This document shows positions 1 through 6,638 of a DNA stretch of 32,000 bases, one piece after another. This DNA comes from Terriglobales bacterium. GTDB lineage: Bacteria; Acidobacteriota; Terriglobia; Terriglobales; Acidobacteriaceae. The stretch's first letter is position 1, and each line of letters starts with the position of its first letter. The notes under the pieces were generated by a model. The model was not told the DNA's origin and did no database searches. It saw only the letters and a program-made list of their open reading frames with translations. The position numbers were made by a program, and so were the translations under genes. The stretch covers positions 111,210 through 143,209 of the forward strand of contig JBOGLA010000005.1 of assembly GCA_050746185.1 (NCBI GenBank), in the 5' to 3' direction.

Positions 1-492
1 CACTACCCTTCATTGAACCTCGGCGGTTATTATGGAGACGCAGGAATCCGGCCCGGCAGCTCTCATGGAGTGTTTCAAGTCGCCGCGACGTTGGAAATCC
101 CTATCTTTGCCGGGGGACGGGCTCACGCTGATGCTCTACAAGCCGAGGCTTCTTTGCGTCAGAGCCGGCAGCAACTGGAGAACTTGAGAGGCCAGATTGA
201 TTATGAGGTACGTACGGCGCTATTGGATCTGGCTGCCGCCGCCGATCAGGTTGAGGTCGCCCGCAGTTCCGTAGATCTTTCAAGCCAGACCTTGGATCAG
301 GCTCGGGATCGCTTTGCCGCGGGGGTGGCGGATAATCTGGAAGTGGTTCAGGCTCAGGAAACGGTGGCCGCGGCCAATGAGAATTACATTTCCAGCCTGT
401 ACGCGCACAACGTAGCCAAGATATTGCTGGCGCGAGCCATCGGTTTCGCCGAAGAAGGCGTGAAGGAATATCTACAAAGCAAGAGTAAGTGA
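1..492 (+). CDS. TolC-family outer-membrane efflux protein, C-terminal part (5' end lies outside the window)
   Basis: Frame 1 is open from nt 1 (HYPSLNLGGYYG...), so the listed TTG at 13 is not the true start. The helical repeat pattern is typical of OEP/TolC C-termini (LRQSRQQLENLRGQIDYEVRTALLDL; AQETVAAANENYISSLYAHNVAKILLARAIG). The stop lies 1 nt before an HlyD-type gene. Confidence 0.75.
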   Translation, partial: HYPSLNLGGYYGDAGIRPGSSHGVFQVAATLEIPIFAGGRAHADALQAEASLRQSRQQLENLRGQIDYEVRTALLDLAAAADQVEVARSSVDLSSQTLDQARDRFAAGVADNLEVVQAQETVAAANENYISSLYAHNVAKILLARAIGFAEEGVKEYLQSKSK

Positions 493-493
493 T

Positions 494-1792
494 ATGGCGC
501 AAAATACAGAGACCATCGAGCCAAACACTGCGGCCCGCGCCGATCAAGCCGTCGCACCGCCTCAGGTTGACAAACAACTTGACCCATTGCCGTCGTCCGA
601 TCGCGACCTGCATCGGAAGTCGTTTAATGTACACAATCCTCGGGTTCGGATGGCCGCCATTATCGGCGTCATTCTTCTCGTGGTAGCCCTGTTTTTTCTG
701 TGGCGGTATTTCTCCAGTTATGAAAGCACGGATGACGCGCAGGTGGACGGCCATTTGAACTCGGTCAGTTCGCGGGTTTCGGGGCATGTAGAGAAATTAC
801 TCGTTCAGGACAACCAATACGTGGATGCAGGAACTCCCTTGGTTGTGATTGATCCCCGTGATTTCCAGGTCGCGGTGGATCGCGCTCAGGCAGACTACGA
901 CTCAGCCCTGGCGGCTGCGCGAGCGGCCCAGGTCAACGTTCCAATCACCTCGGTCAATAGTGGGAGCCAGATAAGCACCGCGCAGGCGGATGTGGAGAAC
1001 GCCCGCGCTGGAATTTCCGCTGCCCGCCAGCAGCGCGCGGGCGCAATCGCGCAAGTGGCGCAAGCCCAGGCTAATAATGTAAAAGCGCAAAGCGACGTCG
1101 CGCGATACAAGCTATTGGTGGACAAGCAGGAAATTTCTCAACAGCAATATGAACAGGCGATTGCCGCCGCGCAGTCGAGTGCCGCGAGTGTGGATGCGGC
1201 GCGGGACGCCGCATCGGCGGCTCAAGATCAGATAAGGCAGGCAGAAGCCCGGCTGGCGCAGGCCGAATCAAACGCTCGGGCGGCCGCCACCGGTCCTCAA
1301 CAAATCGCTGTCATACGCGCCCGGGCGCAAGCCGCCGAGGCCGACGCCGAGCAAAAGAAGGCTGCACTCGAACAGGCTAAACTCAACTTGAGTTATACCA
1401 ATATCGTTGCTCCCGTCAGCGGTATCGTGACGAACCGGACGGTGGAAGTGGGGCAGAACGTCCAGCTTGGGCAAGACTTGATGAAGGTTATTAACCTCGA
1501 CGACATTTGGGTTACCGCTAATTTCAAAGAGAATCAACTGCATAAAATGGTGGTGGGACAAGCGGTTACAATTCACGCGGATATCAATGACAAGGACTAC
1601 AAGGGACATCTTCAAAGTCTCTCCGGGGCGAGCGGGGCGATTACCAGCCTGCTTCCTCCGGAAAATGCCACCGGAAATTATGTGAAAGTGGTGCAACGGA
1701 TTCCGGTGAAGATTACGTTTGATCCCGGCGAAACGAAGGACCACGTTTTGCGGCCCGGAATGTCGGTCGAGCCGAAGGTATGGATCCGATGA
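494..1792 (+). CDS. HlyD/EmrA-type membrane fusion (periplasmic adaptor) protein
   Basis: 432 aa. It has one N-terminal TM helix (AAIIGVILLVVALFFLW) and the motif STDDAQVDGH..VSSRVSGHV..LLV.DNQYV..G..LV.IDP.DFQ typical of EmrA-like MFPs. This is followed by a long Ala/Gln coiled coil and a C-terminal beta-barrel region (YTNIVAPVSGIVTNR..EVGQNV). It is coupled to the upstream TolC-like gene. Confidence 0.85.
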   Translation: MAQNTETIEPNTAARADQAVAPPQVDKQLDPLPSSDRDLHRKSFNVHNPRVRMAAIIGVILLVVALFFLWRYFSSYESTDDAQVDGHLNSVSSRVSGHVEKLLVQDNQYVDAGTPLVVIDPRDFQVAVDRAQADYDSALAAARAAQVNVPITSVNSGSQISTAQADVENARAGISAARQQRAGAIAQVAQAQANNVKAQSDVARYKLLVDKQEISQQQYEQAIAAAQSSAASVDAARDAASAAQDQIRQAEARLAQAESNARAAATGPQQIAVIRARAQAAEADAEQKKAALEQAKLNLSYTNIVAPVSGIVTNRTVEVGQNVQLGQDLMKVINLDDIWVTANFKENQLHKMVVGQAVTIHADINDKDYKGHLQSLSGASGAITSLLPPENATGNYVKVVQRIPVKITFDPGETKDHVLRPGMSVEPKVWIR

Positions 1793-2521
1793 GTGATTCG
1801 GTCTTCTACGTTTGGCAGGAAATTAGGTAAACTCAAGTTTGGGAAAACTAACTTGTATCGAATCATAACCATTGAGCGGGAATACGGATCGGGCGGCGGC
1901 GAGATTGCTCGCGAACTTTCGCTTCGGCTAGGCTGGGCCCTCTGGGATCATGCCCTTACGGAGGAAATCGCCAGAGTCGCCAATGTAGACTGTTCGGCCG
2001 TCCAGCGCTGCGAAGAACGTGTAGACAGCACGTTTTACCGGATGGCAAAGGTGTTCTGGCGCGGCAGCAACGAGAGAAGCATGGCTCTGCCTCCATCGAA
2101 CAATTTTGACGCCGATCAAATGGTCGAAATTGGGCAAAAGGTTATGGAAGACGTCGCGAATGCAGGTAAATGTGTCATCGTGGGACGCGGCGCACCGTAT
2201 TTCTTGCGACAACATCCCAATGCTTTTCACGTTTTTTTGTTTGCCTGTCGCGAGGAAAAGCTTCGCAGAGTTATGGCCCTAGGAAAAACCGAGCAAGAAG
2301 CGAACGAACTTCTTGATACTGTGGACCGCGAACGGATTGCGTTCGTAAAGCACTACTTCGACGCAGACTGGCCGTCCCGATGGCTCTATCACGTGATGAT
2401 CAATACCGCCATTGGAAACGAGAGTGTCATCTCGACCATCCTGAGTACCATGAAGATTCTCGAGCAAGATTCCAAGCCGAGTTTGACCTTGGCTTGCGAA
2501 CCCAGCCTCATCAAATCCTAG
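1793..2521 (+). CDS. cytidylate kinase-like family protein (Cytidylate_kin2 type, function unknown)
   Basis: ITIEREYGSGGGEIARELSLRLGW matches the N-terminal P-loop-like signature of the cytidylate-kinase-like family. The listed GTG at 1793 abuts the HlyD stop. An in-frame TTG at 1853 (M-YRIITIEREYGSGG) fits the usual family N-terminus better. Confidence 0.7.
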   Translation: MIRSSTFGRKLGKLKFGKTNLYRIITIEREYGSGGGEIARELSLRLGWALWDHALTEEIARVANVDCSAVQRCEERVDSTFYRMAKVFWRGSNERSMALPPSNNFDADQMVEIGQKVMEDVANAGKCVIVGRGAPYFLRQHPNAFHVFLFACREEKLRRVMALGKTEQEANELLDTVDRERIAFVKHYFDADWPSRWLYHVMINTAIGNESVISTILSTMKILEQDSKPSLTLACEPSLIKS

Positions 2522-2632
2522 CCGCTTCCCTCTGTCCGCTTACAAGATAGATACCTCACGCTCACAAAATTCAACGGTACGCACTTCGGCACAGATACTC
2601 TTTGAGTGTAAGTACGACTCGCTTACGGCTCC

Positions 2633-4141
2633 ATGGGATTGAATCGCCTCGATCTCGCGATCATTGCAATTTACCTCGCCGGAATAACGTTATTCGGGCT
2701 GCGATTTCGCAAGCGCCAGCGTTCGATGCGCGACTATTTCCTGGCGGACCGCGACATTCCGTGGTGGGCAATTGCTCTCTCCATTGTCGCGGCCGAAACC
2801 AGCACTCTGACCATCATCAGTATTCCCGGTCTTGCCTATGACACGAATTTCACCTTCCTACAGGTGATTCTCGGGTACCTGGTTGGACGCGTGGTTATCA
2901 GTTTTGTTTTGTTGCCGCAGTATTTTCGCGGCGAACTTTACACGGCTTATCAATTAATCGAGCGCCGTTTTGGACGCGGTTTGCGAACCTTGACTGCGGG
3001 CCTTTTTCTTATTACCCGCGCCGCGGCGGAAGGCGTCAGGGTTTACGCGGTTTCCATCGTGGTAGCCATTGCGCTTGGAACGGGCGAAGTCGCCTCCATT
3101 GCCCTGATTACCGTGCTGACCCTGATCTATACGTTCGAGGGCGGCCTGGCCGCGGTTATCTGGACGGATGTTGTCCAGACGGTAATTTACGTCGCTGGAA
3201 CCCTGGTGGGTGTGTTCACCATTATTCACCTCGTACCCGGAGGCTGGGCTACGATTCATGCCGTCGCGGCGAACGCGGGCAAATTGCAAGTCTTCGACTT
3301 CACTCCCGATTTCTGGAAGCCCTACACATTTTGGGCCGGGCTTATCGGAGGCGCTTTTCTTACAACCGCCAGCCATGGCACCGACCAATTGATCGTGCAG
3401 CGATTGTTGGCGGCGCGCAGCCAGCGGCAGTCCGTGACGGCGTTGCTTTCAAGCGGGGTCGCGGTGTTGTTTCAGTTCGCATTGTTTCTGCTCGTCGGCG
3501 TGATGCTGTTTGTCTATTACCATGTGCCGTCATCAGGCTTTGGCACCGCGGACAGAATTTACCCCACATTCATCGTCACCCGCATGCCTCATGGGATTTC
3601 GGGATTGCTGATCGCCGCAATACTGGCGGCGGCAATGTCGAATTTGAGCGCGGCGCTCAATTCTCTTTCCTCCAGCTCGATGATGGACTTCTACTTGCGA
3701 AACAAAACCGAAATATCCGAACCGAAAAAAATGCGGATGTCCCGTATTTCGACTTTATGTTGGGCGTTGATTCTTTTTGGACTAGCTATCTTGTCACTAC
3801 ACAAAATAGGACGCGTAGTCGAAGTAGGATTGGAGATTGCCTCGGTGGCCTATGGCGCTCTGCTTGGCGTGTTCCTGCTGGGCGTGCTTACCAAACGCGC
3901 GAACCAGACAGGCGCAATGATGGGCATGCTGTGCGGATTTTCGACCGAGCTTTATTTGTGGATGGGAACTCGTGTGCCGTGGACGTGGTACGTCGCCATT
4001 GGTACCGTGGTGACGTTCGGGATTGGATACATTTCGAGCCTGATGATGCAACGGACAACTAACGCTCAATGGAGCAAGGGGCGTCCTCGCCGTCCTGGCG
4101 CCGGCGAGACGGGCGAGGACGCCCGTCCCTCCATTAAATAA
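2633..4141 (+). CDS. sodium:solute symporter (SSF) family transporter
   Basis: 502 aa and polytopic. The N-terminus LDLAIIAIYLAGITLFGLRFRKRQRSMRDYFLADRDIPWWAIALSIVAAETSTLT is typical of the SSF family. The last ~20 codons (GRPRRPGAGETGEDARPSIK) are encoded by a GC-rich hairpin repeat (see the repeat at 4079-4138). Confidence 0.85.
   Translation: MGLNRLDLAIIAIYLAGITLFGLRFRKRQRSMRDYFLADRDIPWWAIALSIVAAETSTLTIISIPGLAYDTNFTFLQVILGYLVGRVVISFVLLPQYFRGELYTAYQLIERRFGRGLRTLTAGLFLITRAAAEGVRVYAVSIVVAIALGTGEVASIALITVLTLIYTFEGGLAAVIWTDVVQTVIYVAGTLVGVFTIIHLVPGGWATIHAVAANAGKLQVFDFTPDFWKPYTFWAGLIGGAFLTTASHGTDQLIVQRLLAARSQRQSVTALLSSGVAVLFQFALFLLVGVMLFVYYHVPSSGFGTADRIYPTFIVTRMPHGISGLLIAAILAAAMSNLSAALNSLSSSSMMDFYLRNKTEISEPKKMRMSRISTLCWALILFGLAILSLHKIGRVVEVGLEIASVAYGALLGVFLLGVLTKRANQTGAMMGMLCGFSTELYLWMGTRVPWTWYVAIGTVVTFGIGYISSLMMQRTTNAQWSKGRPRRPGAGETGEDARPSIK
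4079..4138. repeat. GC-rich REP-like hairpin element, copy A (related copy at 13635-13664)
   Basis: Perfect 8-bp stem GACGGGCG/CGCCCGTC with a 4-nt loop at 4108-4127. An alternative perfect 13-bp inverted repeat pairs GGGCGTCCTCGCC (4079-4091) with GGCGAGGACGCCC (4112-4124). The 30-nt core 4108-4137 is 26/30 identical to the minus-strand sequence 13664-13635. It lies between the convergent SSF and DedA stops. Confidence 0.7.
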
Positions 4142-4145
4142 AACA

Positions 4146-4769
4146 TCACTCAGCTTTCATGCGGTTCTTCCAGCGAGACCACACGAACCAAATGATTCCC
4201 GCTAAAATCAGGGCTCCAATCGCAGCGTCGAACTGATGAAAATACTTGCCGATTCCGCGCCAGTTTTCGCCCAGCTTCATTCCGAACCAGGCCAATGCGA
4301 GGCACCAGATCCAGGATCCGAGGAAGGTGTAAATATGGAAGCGCCCGCGCGGCATCCGCGCCACTCCTGCGGGAAGCGCAATAAAGGTGCGCACCACCGG
4401 CAACATGCGCCCGAAGAATACCGCGAGATATCCCCAGCGGTGGAAGAATCGGTCTGACCATTCGAGTTCGTGACGGCTCAGCAGAATCCATCGTCCGTAT
4501 TTCTCGACCAGCGGGCGGCCGCCGTAGCTGCCAATTTCGTAGGCGATCAACGACCCAAGGTTGCAACCGATAGCTCCGGCGGTCGCAACCCAGAGCAATT
4601 TCATGTGGCCGGAATAAACGAGATACCCGGCAAACGGCATAATCAGCTCAGACGGCAGCGGGATGCATGCCGACTCGATTGCCATTAGAAAGGTGATTCC
4701 GCCGTACCCCATGGTGGCAATCAGAGATTTAATGAAGATGAAGAGTGCGCCTAATATCTTCTCGGTCAT
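4146..4769 (-). CDS. DedA family inner-membrane protein
   Basis: 207 aa with an ATG start. YGGITFLMAIESACIPLPSELIMPFAGYLV, followed by GR.LPVVRTFIALPAG, is the classic DedA/SNARE-associated signature. Confidence 0.85.
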   Translation of the reverse strand: MTEKILGALFIFIKSLIATMGYGGITFLMAIESACIPLPSELIMPFAGYLVYSGHMKLLWVATAGAIGCNLGSLIAYEIGSYGGRPLVEKYGRWILLSRHELEWSDRFFHRWGYLAVFFGRMLPVVRTFIALPAGVARMPRGRFHIYTFLGSWIWCLALAWFGMKLGENWRGIGKYFHQFDAAIGALILAGIIWFVWSRWKNRMKAE

Positions 4770-4840
4770 TTTTGATTTTTAAGAATCGTGTGCGCCATTC
4801 GAGAACGCACGCAGCGGCCCATGCGGTGCGCAACTGTCGT

Positions 4841-5128
4841 TTAGAAAGATCCCTCTTGAGTGAAGGTAAAACCAGGAAGCGACGCGCCTTCCGCGGTCTT
4901 AGAAACTTTGACCCGTATGGTGGGGGCATCGGGCGCAGTCACCTCGGCAGGACGCAGAACGGCATAATGTGAAAATACTTCGCTGTAAACCTTGGTGACC
5001 AGGTAGTCCTGCCCACCATCATCCTTACGCCAGACCTGCCCGAGTTGAATGGATTTAACGGCCACGCGTTTTCCTCGAAGGTATAGAAGATCGTACTCAA
5101 GACTATCGAGAGAGTCCTTAACCGTCAA
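4841..5128 (-). CDS. small hypothetical protein (95 aa)
   Basis: ORF on the same strand, 71 nt upstream of DedA. The composition is protein-like (KSIQLGQVWRKDDGGQDYLVTKVYSEVFSHYAVLRPAE). It has a TTG start and no family I recognise. Confidence 0.4.
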   Translation of the reverse strand: MTVKDSLDSLEYDLLYLRGKRVAVKSIQLGQVWRKDDGGQDYLVTKVYSEVFSHYAVLRPAEVTAPDAPTIRVKVSKTAEGASLPGFTFTQEGSF

Positions 5129-5236
5129 ATCTGACTGGCAACGTCATCACGAAAAGAAGTGAATTCCGTGGAAGCGGGCGACCCGAACGCGGATGCCATA
5201 ATTTGCTACCATCGTACGCATTCATCGGGGAATGTT

Positions 5237-6049
5237 ATGGCACGAGGTCGGATCACGCGGCAACCCGGCAAATCTGGACGGCACAATGCCGTTCGCAAGG
5301 CAACTCCTCCTCGACCGAGGCCCGCTGCCAACAGAAACAAACCTCAGAGAGCGCGAGCAAAGATTAGCAGCTACAATCCGCTTGCGCCCGAACGCGTAGG
5401 CGAAATTCTTAAGCGGCTCGATCAGCTTTATCCTGACGTGACCTGCGCTTTAACTCATCGCAACGCGTGGGAGCTTCTCGTCGCGACCATTCTTTCAGCA
5501 CAAGCTACCGATACCCGGGTCAATATGGTTACGCCGGAGATCTTCCGGAAATATCCAACCGTGGAAGATTTTGCGGCGCTGAAGCCGGAACAGCTTGAGC
5601 CGGACATTCGTTCTACAGGATTCTTTCGCAATAAATCGAAGTCGGTGGTGGGCGCGGCTAAAAAGCTGGTTGCCGAGTTCGGTGGTGAAGTGCCCGAAAC
5701 GATGGACGAATTGCTTTCTTTGCCGGGCGTTGCGCGCAAAACCGCCAACGTAGTACTGGGGACTTGGTTCAAAAAAGGCGAAGGCGTTGTCGTTGACACG
5801 CACGTACATCGCATATCGCGCCGGCTAGAACTCACCAAGAACGACGATCCCAGAAAAATAGAACAAGACTTAATTCAGATCATCCCCGAGAACCGGCGGA
5901 TTTTGTTTTCGCACCAGGTCATTTGGCATGGACGGAGGCTGTGCATTGCCCGAAAGCCCAAGTGCGCAGAGTGCTCACTGGAAAATATCTGTCACGCCGC
6001 CGACAAAACGTGGACGACGGTGGATATTCACAAGAACGCTCGACCGTAA
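5237..6049 (+). CDS. nth: endonuclease III (DNA-(apurinic/apyrimidinic site) lyase) with a basic N-terminal extension
   Basis: HhH-GPD core: LVATILSAQATDTRVN and LPGVARKTANVVL (helix-hairpin-helix), followed by VDTHV.R. The C-terminal 4Fe-4S ligands are C-x6-C-x2-C-x5-C (CIARKPKCAECSLENIC). I prefer the ATG at 5237 (MARGRITRQ...) over the listed upstream start at 5159. Confidence 0.9.
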   Translation: MARGRITRQPGKSGRHNAVRKATPPRPRPAANRNKPQRARAKISSYNPLAPERVGEILKRLDQLYPDVTCALTHRNAWELLVATILSAQATDTRVNMVTPEIFRKYPTVEDFAALKPEQLEPDIRSTGFFRNKSKSVVGAAKKLVAEFGGEVPETMDELLSLPGVARKTANVVLGTWFKKGEGVVVDTHVHRISRRLELTKNDDPRKIEQDLIQIIPENRRILFSHQVIWHGRRLCIARKPKCAECSLENICHAADKTWTTVDIHKNARP

Positions 6050-6110
6050 AAAGAGACACGTCACGACCGCTCGGCATGAAAAAACTTACACCCCTCAGGA
6101 CCGAAAGTAT

Positions 6111-6160
6111 AGGATTCCCAGGTTAGCGCCAAAGAGCGGCGCGAACCTGGGGCACCAGGC
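6111..6160 (+). repeat. REP-type hairpin repeat, family 1, copy A
   Basis: AGGATTCCCAGGTTAGCGCCAAAGAGCGGCGCGAACCTGGGGCACCAGGC is 50/50 identical to 6576-6625. It has an internal imperfect hairpin CCAGGTTAGCGCC / GGCGCGAACCTGG. A second conserved box, ACCGCTCGGCATGAAAAAAC (6066-6085), lies 25 nt upstream. Confidence 0.85.
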
Positions 6161-6208
6161 TTTGTGGCAGCTACTGTCCTCCTGAGTATGAGTTCTGTGG
6201 GTGGCTGG

Positions 6209-6237
6209 CCCACCTTTGCGTTTTTTGCAAAGGTGGG
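6209..6237. repeat. perfect 11-bp stem hairpin (REP-type, family 2)
   Basis: CCCACCTTTGC-GTTTTTT-GCAAAGGTGGG. It is intergenic, with only one copy in this window. It translates as ..PTFAFFAKVG.., a peptide pattern I associate with intergenic repeats that are mis-called as ORFs in Acidobacteria. Confidence 0.6.
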
Positions 6238-6294
6238 TAACGGGAAAGTTCAGTCATCAGTTTCTCTTGACTTCTGAGGTGCTACAGTGCGTTG

Positions 6295-6351
6295 GTGTCA
6301 AGCCATCCGAAACGCTACTACGGAAGCGGCAATCTGCATTTCATCACTTGC
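6295..6351 (+). pseudogene. relic of the N-terminus of an IS200/REP-associated tyrosine transposase (RAYT)-like gene
   Basis: This frame is not in the ORF track because it is too short. It reads VSSHPKRYYGSGNLHFITC, matching the ..RYYG.G.LHF.T.SCYRR.. N-terminal signature of COG1943-type transposase-like proteins. The frame is cut off where the inverted REP copy (6354-6396) begins. Confidence 0.5.
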
Positions 6352-6353
6352 AC

Positions 6354-6396
6354 GGTGCCCCAGGTTCGCGTCCGTTCGTTGGACGCTAACCTGGGA
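6354..6396 (-). repeat. REP-type hairpin repeat, family 1, diverged copy in inverted orientation
   Basis: GGTGCCCCAGGTTCGCGTCCGTTCGTTGGACGCTAACCTGGGA aligns to the reverse complement of the 6111-6160 repeat. The stem is CCAGGTTCGCGTCC (6360-6373) / GGACGCTAACCTGG (6381-6394). Confidence 0.7.
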
Positions 6397-6484
6397 TGAG
6401 GAACACTCTCACTGGCCCGCCTCGGGTTCGCGTTTCCCGATCTCTTGCCGTCCATTCCGATTCGATTTCAACGATTCCGACTGA
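6386..6484 (-). pseudogene. possible relic of the C-terminal tail of a RAYT-like transposase
   Basis: The minus-strand frame reads SVGIVEIESEWTARDRETRTRGGPVRVFLIPG*. The ..VEIESEWTAR.RE.. stretch resembles, from memory, the tail of acidobacterial COG1943 transposase-like proteins. The stop codon lies inside the REP hairpin. This needs a database search. Confidence 0.35.
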
Positions 6485-6575
6485 GGGCAAGCGGGTAGAA
6501 CTTGCCCGGAGTCTTGAAAACGCAGCAAACCGCTCGGCGTGGAAAAAACCCTGCACTGCTTCCGTTTGAACGTAC

Positions 6576-6625
6576 AGGATTCCCAGGTTAGCGCCAAAGA
6601 GCGGCGCGAACCTGGGGCACCAGGC
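6576..6625 (+). repeat. REP-type hairpin repeat, family 1, copy B
   Basis: Identical 50-mer to 6111-6160. It is preceded 26 nt upstream by the box ACCGCTCGGCGTGGAAAAAAC (6529-6549). It sits 14 nt beyond the lptFG stop codon. Confidence 0.85.
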
Positions 6626-6638
6626 GTTCTCAAATGTT

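Noticed and set aside
101-787. Long antisense or overlapping ORFs from the six-frame track. Examples: 101-787 (-), 1268-1744 (-), 3331-4062 (+), 9989-10669 (-), 10726-11097 (-), 16097-16594 (+), 22396-22929 (+), 25039-25575 (+), 25921-26670 (+), 28603-29232 (-)
   Set aside because: All lie inside or opposite strongly supported genes. They have Arg/Pro/Ser/Gly-rich shadow-frame composition typical of GC-rich DNA, and no recognisable motifs.
5159-5236. Listed upstream starts for nth (5159), dinB (14952), atpE (12386), the FecR-domain gene (22974) and the 150-aa secreted protein (30034)
   Set aside because: In each case an internal start gives the canonical family N-terminus or a proper signal peptide and is preceded by a better SD (for example AGGAGG before 12332, AGGAG before 22914, AAGAGG before 29962). 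The upstream residues look like translated intergenic sequence.
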